A stretch of DNA of 64,000 nucleotides, from positions 127,027 through 191,026 of the forward strand of contig WELB01000023.1 of the NCBI GenBank assembly GCA_009602725.1, written 5' to 3'. Positions 38,401 to 50,887 of the stretch are shown here, one piece after another; the stretch's first letter is position 1, and every line of letters starts with the position of its first letter. Source of the stretch: Spirogloea muscicola. Its lineage: Eukaryota. The notes under the pieces are model-generated. The model was not told the origin of the DNA. It saw nothing but the letters and a program-made list of their open reading frames with translations, and ran no database searches. Made by a program: the position numbers and the translations under genes.

Positions 38401-39472
38401 ACATTGCCAAGTTCAAAGAGGCTATTTGTAAAGTAGACGCACAAATGAAGACTCTGCCTGCAACTGCTCAGGTACTGTAGCAGGGCTTCTCATTGGTGCT
38501 TTGCTCTAAACAACTGTGCATCTACAGAGTCAGCAGAGGTCACACGTTGCCTTCAAGAAAGACATAGCTTTTCTTTGGTCACCAAGGGTTTGAGCAATTT
38601 GACTTCTGACTTGCTCTCCTTCTCTGCATCATCACCTCTGTAGGTTGCCGCCCAGCAGGGAGAATATTTGGGAAAGTGCTTTAACAAGCTTGCGCTACAG
38701 CCCCCTGGCACTGAGGAGGGCCCCCTTCGAATCCGGGGGGAGGGGCGTCACAGATTTCAGCCATTCATGTGTGCAGCTTGCCAACAAAACCGCAATGTCT
38801 TTATTCGTTACCATCCCTCCATTTGTGAGCTGTATTGAGTTAGCAGATAGCAGCAGCATTCAGCTTACTATGAGTCATGTTATGAGACTGAAGCATATCA
38901 TTGAGGAACTGCAAGCGCAGGTATAAACATCTAGGACAATTTGCTCCGCTGGGAGGTGGCGTATCAGGCTTGGAGACTGCAGGAGAGTGGGTCACAGCAG
39001 GTAGATCGGCTCAGTGGTTGTGGTACTCCGTGTACTTCAGGTATGAATGGCCTGACTCTTACTTTTCCTAGTGGGTCAAAGCTGGAAGCTGTGGGCCTTT
39101 ATATCTGACAAGCTGGTCACAAAGCAGAGGTGGCTATCACTTTGTCAGCTGTGGTGTTGCAATGGAGCACAAGTGCTATGGAACACAATATGCACCTGTC
39201 CACCCCTATAGCGACTTGATTCGATTGCAGCTCATAAGGAGTCATGTCTGGCTGCCCCGTGTGTAGGTGCTATAAATTGAGAACAGAGTAGCACACAAGG
39301 CAGGCATGTCATGTGCAGGCCTGTCAGGATGCTAGTCATACCTCACAACCCTATCTTACATTATCTCATGCAAATGTGGTGCAGCAAGCAGGTTAGCTGG
39401 CGGACACGCTGCCTAGTGCTGTTTGATTGGACCAAGACTACCATTTTTGGGAGGGATTCCAGTCGAATGTGA
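35424..39472 (+). CDS. NDB: External type II NAD(P)H dehydrogenase with EF-hand (NDB-type)
   Basis: ILGSGWGA, SPRNYFVFTPLLPS, VVGGGPTGVEFAAEL, EF-hand DKNGDGKLTRDE, LPATAQVAAQQG, FGRDSSRM*. Confidence 0.95.
38230..38297 (+). repeat. Degenerate telomere-like tract in an NDB intron
   Basis: tagggtttggggctagcgtttaggattaggagttagggttaaattaaagggtttaaggtttagggtt. Confidence 0.65.
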
Positions 39473-40359
39473 TGATAGCAATCACTGAACAAGCACCGAG
39501 CTGACAAATGCAGCAACTAAGCTGCATGTACTGGACAGCATGTATTATTGGTGTAGTGCATGGAGGTTGCACCGAGTAATTGCAATCTCGATAACCACTG
39601 CCGTACCTACAACTAGAAGTGAAGTGGTAAGGGTGTGAAATAGCAAGAATGACCTGTACAGATTCTTGTCATGGCCATTGCTGTCCTGCTGCAGGGTTGT
39701 GCCCCCACTTGGCCACTAGATGGCATGTAAAGTCACATTCAACTGAGCACTAACAAAGAGCTCCGTTCAAATATTCACTCTGGCAAGTGGTTGGTTGAGC
39801 ACTGAGATAAGTGTTGTTTCTTAGTAGCTGGTTGAGTGTGCAATTGACAGCCTCCCCTTGCAACACACCAGCCACCTTGGGACGTCGTGAGCTGCATTTG
39901 CCATGCAAATTGATGTGTCAGGGGTTTAGGTCTATAAAGAAGCCACATAACAATTGAAGGGTTATGTGCATAATTGGCAACTCTGCGTGCTGCGGACCAT
40001 GTGAGTGTAGTCCCTCAGCTATGGCAGAACAAAGAAGAAAGTAGAGCTCCAAGACTGGTAATAGCAGGCCCACAGAATTATAAACAGCAGAATTCTGTAA
40101 TTCATGTAGCACAACCTTTGGTGTACTTGGTGATGATGTCTGGACCCCATTTGATGTGAAGGGACTTGTACTCAAACTCCAGGCAGGCTCCGTTCAGTAT
40201 CGTTAAAATGTTGATTGTTGGGTGTTTGGCCTTGTGCTCGTTTGGTTCCATGTGGCGACCGGCGAGTGCACGTCTGGAAGTTGCTGCTCAGTACCTGTCA
40301 GAGCAGACGTGCAGGATCCAGGGCTTTGGCAGGACCATGCTCAGAGCCTGGGCGAACGC

Positions 40360-41557
40360 TCAAGCTCGGGGCAAATAACGGTTGGCTTGTGTCTCCAATT
40401 GGTCGAGAGCAAGTCGTAACGCCTTTCTGCGGGAAGAGAGTCGCCATTACCACCAGCGTTCCCCAGTGCCTAGTCAAGTGCATCTTGCCAGTGACGTAGT
40501 CATGGGGAGTGAGCAAGCTCAAAAGCACGGGCATCCTGATATATGAGGAGAACAGCTCGAGCGCAAGAACAGGGCAGGCATAGAGTGAGGGTTAGGGGAG
40601 GGTTGCACAAAGAAGAATTGGGTGGACGCACATGCGGCTTGCAAGATCTGGGATGCCACGCATCTCCTCGTTCAGCCTGGCCATGTCCATACAAACACTC
40701 AGAGGCAGTCATACCGTTGCTCGTTCTTAAGAGGCTCAGCTGCCCAGATGAACGTGAATAGATATGACATCTGCCAGATAACTTTTGTCAAAGGTTGTTG
40801 TGCCTTCCGTCAAAGAATCACAAGAGGCTACTACTCAGCTTTGTCACCTGAGGCACTCGTTGACGAAGCGACTGCCTTTGTATGCTGCATCCACGGCTGC
40901 AAACGGATGGTGGCGGCTCAGACCCACACCCAGCGGCAGTAGTCGAACTCCAGTGCGGAGCACTCATAGTGGTAAGGACTTTGTGAACATGGTCGGGCTA
41001 GGACTGTAGGACTGAGGATCCAGGTGCACGAGTTGGCCACGTTGCAGGTGAGCTGCAGCGGCAGCACAGGCCCTCATGGTGCGGCGACGCCTCACCAGCG
41101 TCCTGCAGGGCGCCGACAGCGTCACTGTGGCACCGCAGGTGGGCTGACACGCTGCCCAGGACCTGCATGCCAGACAGCCGACAGTGCATGACTCGTGCGG
41201 GGCGCGTCGGACCCCGTCGCCTGTACGAGGCTGGCAGCTGAGCTCCTCCGCGAATGCGGCAGCGGCAGCGGCTGCGGCGGGGTGGGCCGGCGCGGGGGCG
41301 GAGGCCGCAGCGCCCGCTGCTGCGGCGGCAGCGGCGACGACGGCAGCGGCTGCTGCAGCGGCGGCAGCGTTGACGACGGCAGCGGCGGCGCTGCTCGCGG
41401 AGCTGCATCGTGGGCTCATTGCGCGAGGGACGGGGGCCCACCTCCTCCAGCGCCGCGCGCAGGGCGTCGGCGAGCCGCGCGAGGCCCTGCGCCACCGCCA
41501 CGGCGTCCTTCTCCACCGCCGCCAGCACGTCCAGCGCCGCCGGCGGCCCCGCCACGG
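40360..41557 (-). CDS. BORCS6: BLOC-1-related complex subunit 6-like coiled-coil protein (5' end in gap)
   Basis: Spliced exons LAAVEKDAVAVAQGLARLADALRAALEE / VLGSVSAHLRCHSDAVGALQDA / AAYKGSRFVNECL / LNEEMRGIPDLASR / IKALRLALDQLE…PRA*. Confidence 0.7.
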
Positions 41558-41680
<123 letters not shown>

Positions 41681-42054
41681 NNNNNNNNNNNNNNNNNNNN
41701 NNNNNNNNNNNNNNNNNNNNNNNNNNNNNNNNNNNNNNNNNNNNNNNNNNNNNNNNNNNNNNNNNNNNNNNNNNNNNNNNNNNNNNNNNNNNNNNNNNNN
41801 NNNNNNNNNNNNNNNNNNNNNNNNNNNNNNNNNNNNNNNNNNNNNNNNNNNNNNNNNNNNNNNNNNNNNNNNNNNNNNNNNNNNNNNNNNNNNNNNNNNN
41901 NNNNNNNNNNNNNNNNNNNNNNNNNNNNNNNNNNNNNNNNNNNNNNNNNNNNNNNNNNNNNNNNNNNNNNNNNNNNNNNNNNNNNNNNNNNNNNNNNNNN
42001 NNNNNNNNNNNNNNNNNNNNNNNNNNNNNNNNNNNNNNNNNNNNNNNNNNNNNN

Positions 42055-45000
42055 GCGGCGGCGCAGGCCGCAACGGGTGAGCCGCCGCCGCCGCCGCCGC
42101 CGACGCGCGCGCTCGAGGCCGTCGCCCGCTCGTCGAGCAAGCTCGTCATAGAGGGCCTGGCTTCGGCGCTCACGCCCAGCTCGGGGCCTCGGCAGGCGCC
42201 GTCTCGCTGGGGGCGACGGACCTGCGCGTGTCGCGGCTGGGCATCGGGACGCTGCAGTGGGGCGACCCGGCCAGCGGCTTCGGGCAGCCCGGCTTCGGCG
42301 GGGACGAGCTGGCGCGCGCCTTCGACGAGCTCCTCCGTGCCGGCATCAACTTCTTCGACACCGCCGAGGTGGTGGCCGGGCCCCGTCCTCGCGACACACC
42401 TCCACACTGAGCTGCCGCCACTTGGAAGGCGGCCGTGGATCTCATGCGCTACAGGCCTCGGCTTACTCTGCAATGGCTGAACCCCTAACCTCCGTTGGCC
42501 TCCGCTCCTGGCGTCGTCCTTCCCCATGTTTGGTACTACCGTTATCATTTGGCTGGTCGTCCAAAGCGACCAAGCCTATGGTGTAGCGTCATGCTTGTAG
42601 AGGCAGGGCCATGTGCATATCCTCCCTTTGCCGAGCACGCCTGTGTACACTCGGCAGGATGGAGTGGCTGCATACCACAGTCAAGGATCCTTATGCACAC
42701 ATGAGGACATCTTCTGAGCTCATTATAGCCCAAACGGCATTGCTTGCTTCTCAGGTGTATGGGTACCAGAATATCAAGAATGGCAAGTCTTCAGAGCAGA
42801 TGCTTGGCCGCTTCTCACAGCGGAGGACGCCCGGCTCCGACCCTCTGCCGCTTGTGATCGGCACGAAGTTCTTCACAATACCTTGGACCAATCTGCTCGT
42901 AGGTATGACATAGGGCAGTCGGAGAATGCATGCACTTGAAGTTTGCTAATTCTGGCTACGAGCTCGATGCTAGTAGATATATCAGGAGCATTTTAGAATA
43001 TTAAGGTATCAGGTCCATTCTACAAGCATTGGCTTTGTCAGCTCGGTGGCACCTGCCTTTTGTAACTCTGAAGAGGAAGTGTATGGAGAAGACGGTCAGC
43101 TTCTTTGAGCAATTTGCTCCTCCCATGATTGTTGGCAATGCTTCAGGTGCTCGTCAGCTGATGAAACAGTCTGTTACTCAGAGGACTTGTGACTGGCGGT
43201 TGATTTGCTCTAATGGTGGTGTCTACTGGTGATCACGATGCTAGGCGGTGGCATCCGATTAGGACGCAAGTCCCTTGTAGCAGCCTTGAAGGAGAGCTTG
43301 AAGCGGCTTGGTAAAGACAAGATTGACCTCTACCAGGTAGAGCAGAAAGACTGCTGCATCTTCAAGCTATTCTGGGTGCAAGCAGGCCATGCCAGGCAGA
43401 TTAGTCCAAAAGCAGACTTCGTTGAGTACTGCGACTGTGCAAAGGCCGGGTGTGTGGCAAGGCTGAGGCCTAGTTGACTGAGTGCAGTCCTGGTGATTGG
43501 CAACCTGTCAGATCCACTTCCCGTTTCCCACCTTCCCCAACTCCTGGCTCATGGAAGGCCTCAAGGAAGCGGTGGACTTGGGCCTGACCAAAGCAGTCGG
43601 GGTCTCTAACTACTCACTCTCTCAGGTGCGAAGGCGGTTCCGGTGAGCTTGTGCTGACCTTCATCCCTGTCTGCCCCGAGTCCCTACCCAAGCAAGTCTG
43701 AAGCTTCTGAAGCTGGTACTCAATTTCGTACTCCTGGGTTTGAGCTGCTTGATCATTCGCCCCACTAGGTCTGGAGGGGCCGTGCCTTCCTTTGTAGAAT
43801 TCACTGCTGTTACAATTTATACAAGTAGTCATTGGCAGATGGAGGATGCTCACAAATTACTCTCAGCAAGTGGCATCCCCCTAGCTTCCAATCAAGTCAG
43901 GTTCAGGTAAGCGTGTGGCAGTCTACCAGTGAGAACCATGTACAACAGAACAAATGTGGAATCGCATCTATATGCATTGCATGTGACCTGCTTGTAATAT
44001 TGTCTTGATTCCTCGAGAAACAATTGTGCTAGCCAAAGCATAAGCTGCGCATCATACAGCACAGGTCAAGTATGGCCCTGTTGTCGTTGTCTTGTTGTCT
44101 CCAACTGGGCTGAACACTCTTCACTTTAGCTTTTCATGCGCGCAGTCTGCTCAGCCGAGATGCAGATGATAGCGGGCTGCTCCAGGCTTCTCAGGTGCCT
44201 CCTGCAATTCAGACTCACGCCTGCAACTTGCGGGCTCTGATGAGCTACCCTCTTGTACCTGCACTGTCTGAGCAGAGCTGTAAGTACCCCGTTTTCAATG
44301 TATGCACATGCGCTTACTGTACTGCAGGACCTGGGGGTAAAAATTATTGGCTACTCGCCACTAGCGACGGGGCTACTCACGGACAAGGCCCTGAAGCGCC
44401 GTGACAATGAAGCTCTGAAGGTGATGCTTCAGTCACGAGTTGCTAAGTATGATGGATGCTGAAATAATCATATTGACATTCGTTGTCTTACAGCATGTTC
44501 AGGAAAAGCCATGAGCTTTGTGTTGAGGTTGTCGTAATCAGGTCGTTTCACTCTATCATGCACCACTAGTCAAAGGCTGGTCAAAGCTTGAACTTAAGCA
44601 CCTTCTAGCTTGGAGATGCATGGACATGCTCATCTAAAGTGGTGCAACTCTGTTGAACATGATGATACAGGCTCAGCCATTGCTGAAGCTTATGGCCTCA
44701 GTTGGGAGTCAGCATGGAGGAAAGTCAGTTACTCAGGTACTCAGCGTTGTTGAGAGCTAATCTCCATTTGCAAGTCTGTTCACCTTGCCCATCTTCTCCT
44801 ACATTGTTCCGCAAAGCGTAAAGTGAGTGCACTTCATGCACTAAGTTAAGCTGGACACTGCATCCTGATTGACAGGTAGCTTTGAACTACGCTGTCTGCA
44901 AAGGGGTCATCCCAATATCAGGGTTTGCACATCTTCCAACCCTTTTTATTGCAGGACCTGCACTTGACGCACTTGCCTGCCTTAATGTCATAGTGGCAAT

Positions 45001-45345
45001 ATCAACACTGTTACTAGCAAGATGTTGCAAAGTTTTCCAGTGACAGCACCCGCATTGCCCTTTTTTGTGAAGGTGCAAGAGTATTGAGCATGCTAGGTCT
45101 CACGTCGGCGTCCTTGACTGGCAACTCGATGCTGATGAGAGTGAGCTTGGACACAAGCCAAATCGCTTTCCTTCATCATCACTCTCACTGTTCCAGATGA
45201 ACTGTTGAAGCAGGGATTGCTTTACTTGTTGCATGGTCACTTCACATCATTTTACTGACCCACACGCAGAGCAGATAATTGTTAACAGGAGCCCTTGCTC
45301 GTGGGTGCAGTTGCGTCTCTCGAAGGCAAGGCGAGGTCGCTTTGA
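42055..45345 (+). CDS. Aldo-keto reductase (pyridoxal-reductase-like), 5' end in gap
   Basis: LGIGTLQWGD, FFDTAEVYG, IGTKF, SLKRLG…IDLYQIH, AVGVSNY, SNQV, YSPLATG; last exon …EGKARSL*. Confidence 0.9.
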
Positions 45346-45694
45346 CATGTAGCACTTATTCTGCACATTACCAGGAGCTCCTACACCAGTACTGCTTCTG
45401 GGCAAGCCCAGAATCTTTACTCGCAAATTTAAGGAGTGCAGACATGCCTTCTTTCAAGGGTGCAGCAGAGGTCTCTAGGTGGGATCTAGCTTGATGAAGC
45501 AAGCGCAACAGGCATATATAACAGCCAACGAAAAACGACTAGTTGAGATTCTTTGGTTAGCTGATTTTGAAGGAAAGTCCTGCCCACCATCGGCGTTGGC
45601 TCTGCCTCGCGCCTCTCAGCTCCAAGATGGAGAATCTTGTGTTGAGTGTATGCACCGGTGGGATATGAGTGGCCAGCCAGAAAAGCATGTACAT

Positions 45695-46530
45695 GATTCG
45701 AAGGGGGCCAGAAAAGCGCTAAAGGGCACTGCGACTCAAGTGCTCACAAATGTGAGAAGCTAGCCCGGGGAAAGGGATGAGCATCTCATATTGATCTCTC
45801 ATGTTTGGCAAGTAGCAGCCGAGAAAAACCACAAGGAGAAAGCCGTCTTAGCACTTAGTCCCTTGCTTTCTGCTCCATCCGGCTCCTTCAAACTTTGTCC
45901 ATTCCTTTGGGCTGGCCTCTCACAGCCATCAGTCAATCTGGCCGCGCTTACTCTCAAAGAAAGCAAGAAGCCAGCCCTATCTTCGATGGGTGAGCCCTTC
46001 TTGAAGAGAGAGAGAGAAGGCACGCGGGGCGCATGAAATGAAAGGGAGGCCAATGCAAGCCAACACATTGTTCAGGCAGAGTCTAGTGCAAAGTAAGCAA
46101 GGCTAAATAATACGGAGACCTGAACTAAGGTGCCTAAGGTGACGTTAACACCCACGGGTGAGCACGAACAAATCTGACACAAGCTGACTTGGGGAGCTGG
46201 AGCGCCGCCACGAAAGCCGGAGGCCTGACTTAGAGTGCGCCCTTCAAGAAGAAAGGGGGGCTCGCCCATTGAGGATATGGGCTGGAACAGCCAGCCCAAA
46301 AAAGGAATGAACAAAGTACCAGAAGGGGCTAGGCGAAGCACTAAGGAAGACGAGCACAAAAAGAAACAAAGCAGCTACGAATCACTCAGTAACCCCTGCT
46401 AAGCAGCCTCGGGTTGGAGATGCTAGGCTGCTGGAAGTGGGTCCCCTGGCCAGAGCCAAGAAGGTGAGAGAAGGGCTCGCCCATTGAGGATAGGGGCTGG
46501 AAAAGCCAGCCCAAAAAAGATTGAACAAAG
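45695..46530. mobile_element. Cluster of retro 3'-tail fragments, mostly on the minus strand
   Basis: 46010-46243 matches 11340-11570; hairpin tails at 46258-46310 and 46470-46525; PRLLSRGY* at about 46386-46412. Confidence 0.8.
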
Positions 46531-46860
46531 TACGAGAAGCCAAGAAGCCAGCCCCCGCCCCGCCACCTCCGCCCGTAAGCGAGGGTCGAGACACACTGCG
46601 AGCAGCGGCTCAAGCAGCGGGCCCGGACGAACACGGGGCGGCTGTTCGGGCGGCTACTGCGGTTAGCTGGCCGAAAGGGGGGGGGGGGGGGGGGGGGGNN
46701 NNNNNNNNNNNNNNNNNNNNNNNNNNNNNNNNNNNNNNNNNNNNNNNNNNNNNNNNNNNNNNNNNNNNNNNNNNNNNNNNNNNNNNNNNNNNNNNNNNNN
46801 NNNNNNNNNNNNNNNNNNNNNNNNNNNNNNNNNNNNNNNNNNNNNNNNNNNNNNNNNNNN

Positions 46861-49359
46861 CGCAGCCGCCGCCCCCGCCGCCGCCCCTCCAGGGCGCGGA
46901 GCCGCAGGACGAGCCGGCGCCCGCCCAGCGGCTTCACCTCTCCGGCGAGGCCGCCGAGGAGGACGCTCTGGCGCCGCCGCCGGAGCAGCTAGCGGAAGCG
47001 GCGGAGGACGACATGGCGGGCCCTCCGCAAGCGGGCGAGCAGCAGCCGCAGCAGCAGCCGCAGCCGCAGCCGCAGCAACAAGAGCAGCCGGAGGAGCTTG
47101 ACCAGGCGCACCAGGCCGAGAGCGAGCACGAGCACCAGGAGTTGCTCAAGGTCGGCGCCGCCGCTGGCCCGACGACGGAGCTGCTGTCCGTGGGGTTCAA
47201 CCAGGACCATGGCTGCTTCGCGTGCGGCACCAGCTCGGGCTTCCGCATCTACAACTGCGAGCCCGTGAAGGAGACCTTCCGGCGCGAGTTCCCGAGCAAC
47301 GGCGGCATCGCGCTCGTCGAGATGCTCTTCCGGTGCAACATCCTCGCCATAGTCGGCGGCGGGGAGTCGCCACGGTACCCTCCCAATAAGGTGCGACCAA
47401 GCTGCTCCGCAGTCTGTTGGCAAGGCGTTCCCACCCTATTGCCAACAATATAGATATACATTATGTGTATATATTATTGAAATATAGTATAAAGCAGAGG
47501 AGCGATATGAAAGCTGTGCTGTATTTTTCAGGTGATGATTTGGGACGACCACCAGAGCCGCTGCATAGGCGAGCTCAGCTTCCGGAGCGAGGTCCGGGCG
47601 GTGCGGCTGCGGCGCGACCGCATCGTCGTCGTGCTGGAGCACAAGATATATGTCTACAACTTTGCCGACCTCAAGCTCCTGCACCAGATTGAGACCATCG
47701 CTAACTCCAAAGGGCTCTGTGCACTCTCGCCTGCCACGAGTAGCACCGTGCTCGCCTGCCCAGGCCTGCACAAGGGACAGGTCTTCCTCTACTCCTCACA
47801 AGGGCGTTGTCCATGGATCTGCGCTTGGCTGCGTCTTGTTCTGCTTGGCCAATAACTCACTTGTTCTCCCAAAAACCGTGGGTACATGTGGCTGAATGGA
47901 CTGACGAGAGCTCCTGAGCACTGTCATATATCCTGGCTCGGAGTTCCTTCAGTGAGTGGACATTCAATTTGATTGCTTCCTTGTTTGCGACGTCATTTGC
48001 AGCTAAGGGTGGAGCTCTACGACACCAAGAAGACGCGTTTCATCTCCGCTCACGACTCAGCACTGGCGTGCTTTGCACTGACTCTCGATGGCAGCCGGCT
48101 GGCGACCGCGAGCGTCAAGGGGACGCTCATTCGGGTGTTTGACACAGCCAATGGCACCAAGCTGCAGGAGGTTGTGCACCTCTCCTCCTTTCTTCATGAG
48201 CTGCCTACGTGCAACAACACGTTGACGTTGTCCCTCTCCACGTCGTCGCTCAACAGAACCCTCACTTGTATTATGCTGGATGGCAGTTGCGCCGTGGAGC
48301 GGACCGTGCGGAGATCTACAGTCTCTCCTTCTCCCCAACTGCACAGTGGCTTGCACTGTCCAGTGACAAGGGCACAGTGCACGTGTTTGCGCTGAAGAGC
48401 GGGCCGGAGGATGCAGCTCAGGGCCGCCATGGCGACAGCCAGGGTGGGGCGGGCGCGTCGCCCTCGGGCGGGCACAAGAGCGACATGGGCTTTGGAGGCG
48501 GCTCGCCAGGTGGCTCGCCGTTGTCGCCTGGCGGCAATCCTGGTTCCACCTTCTCATTCCTCAAAGGTCATCACGTGGACTTTTGCTCTCCTTGCAAGAA
48601 GTCAAAATCTGAAGAGTCCAGGGCACTATGTTCTTGGCTGCAGGAAGTGAATTATCAGACGGTGGAGCTCCATAAACATTGTCTCTCACAATCAGGCAGC
48701 TGTGCTCTTGGCCTGCTCTCTTGCAGAGTGCAACTTTCTAACCTACTCTCTACCTGTGGTACTTCCAGGAGTCCTTCCCAAGTACTTCAGCTCCGAGTGG
48801 TCTTTTGCTCAATACCGGCTCTCAGAAGAGACCAAGTCAATTGTAGCATTCGGGCCCCAGAAGCACACCCTCATCATTGTTGGCATTGACGGAAGGTATT
48901 TAGCCTCGCCCGATCTCATCACGCCCTGTAGTCCTCTCCCCTTTAGCTGCCATGTCAATCAACACTCTAGCATGTTGTCTTTACTGCCTAATAGATGGCT
49001 AGCTATTGCTTGCACATACATTTGGAGCCTCTTCCAAATCCCAAAGGTGCAAGTAACAGATGCTCGGTACTGATTGACCAGCGCATGTCTTGTCTTTGCA
49101 ACTTGAGTACTTCTGTAATCTGTGTGCGATACCAGCTTGGCCTGTGCAGTGTCGAGCATGCCTTCTCTTTGCCTTGTTTTATGTATCTGCTCCAGTTGCA
49201 CATTGCCCTGAGAAGCAGGAACATGCTCTGAGCATGAATACAAGTGTACTGTGCAGCTTCTACAAGTGCTCTTTCGACCCCATCAACGGCGGCGAGATGG
49301 TGCAGGAGGAGGTCTACAAGTTCATGAAGCCTGATGACGACATGGACGAGGGCCCATAG
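46861..49359 (+). CDS. ATG18: Autophagy protein ATG18 (WIPI/PROPPIN), 5' end in gap
   Basis: [50 protein letters not shown] phosphoinositide motif, [19 protein letters not shown]. Confidence 0.95.
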
Positions 49360-50887
49360 AGCTGAAGCTCTCTGCAGCTCCTCTTTCCTGCACAAAGTTG
49401 TCTTTCCCCATCCATCCTGTGCCAGCATTCCACATATACGCCCATCACTATCTTGTTGCTTGTCATATTCTGACTCGATGAACAATTTTCAGGGCAGCTT
49501 CAAATCCTGAGGAAAATCGTTAGCTGGCAGCATGTCTTTTCTTCGCCCACACTGCTTGTGCGATGAAGAGTCCAGCCACTCTGACAGTAGCACTTCTGGC
49601 AATTCCTCCCCCCAATTCCCCCCCCCCCCCCCCGCTCTCCCCTCCCTTTCCCTGCCAGCCTCCCCCCTTTGTATGCCAGAGCTAGTTGTATTCCAGAGCT
49701 AGTGAGCGCCCTCCCTGCCCTGTGCCCCTCTACCCATATGCAAAGAGCTTCCACCTCTTTTTGGGCTGGGAGATTCTTCACTGGTTTGGCCTGCATGCAT
49801 GCTCCGGGCTTGCGAGCAGGGAGCTCAAGCTAGGCTTGATGTTGCACAGCCAGGTCCCATTGGTCTTTCCAAGGGGGCAAACATATATGGCGCTTCTGTA
49901 CATACTTGTGCGAAGAAAACTCTCAATGAAACCTTGTCCCCAGCAGGCTCATCCTGTCCAGCAAGAATTGGTGGCTGTATTGGGGTGGGTGTAGGGTGTC
50001 ATTTACGACTGTACTGCAAGGCGAGCGATTTAGCATGATGAAGACCTCTGGCCTGGTATGACCACCATGGGATGGTAAAGGGTGCCAAGACTGGTTGTCC
50101 ACATTGTTGCCTGATATCCTTACACCACATCAGTCGGCAGACCAAGAAGCTCTCTCTTTGATAATGTGATTGTGACACCTGATCAAGGTACTTATATGTG
50201 ACGATAAAAAGATGCCGCAGTCTTCACCTATTACAACCTCTTGTCAATAAGGTACCTATTACCTTACGCCAGTGGGCTGAACAGCAGGGGGATTGCCGCA
50301 TGCAGAATATAAATTGGACTATATAGCTATGCAGCATAGTCAATGCTTGCCTCACAAGCTGCTAAACTGCATGCGCAGCAGCCACAGGGCCAGTGGCTGC
50401 CACTTGCTCCATCCCCTTGGGGGCTGAAGGCACAAGCCAATGCAGCAGTAAGGTAGAAGTGGCAGCTTCACACTAGCAGTGAAGCCGCACTGTGTAGGAA
50501 GGACAGAAGGTTGCACTGCTGCAGGCATCTGCAATGGAGCAACTATGGTGGTGCGATGATAACAATGGGGGGTGGAGGAGGAGGTGGGGGCGGAGGAGGC
50601 GAGGGNNNNNNNNNNNNNNNNNNNNNNNNNNNNNNNNNNNNNNNNNNNNNNNNNNNNNNNNNNNNNNNNNNNNNNNNNNNNNNNNNNNNNNNNNNNNNNN
50701 NNNNNNNNNNNNNNNNNNNNNNNNNNNNNNNNNNNNNNNNNNNNNNNNNNNNNNNNNNNNNNNNNNNNNNNNNNNNNNNNNNNNNNNNNNNNNNNNNNNN
50801 NNNNNNNNNNNNNNNNNNNNNNNNNNNNNNNNNNNNNNNNNNNNNNNNNNNNNNNNNNNNNNNNNNNNNNNNNNNNNNNNNNNNNNN

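Noticed and set aside
46677..46860. Poly-G run before ATG18
   Set aside because: Runs into an N gap; typical of read dropout
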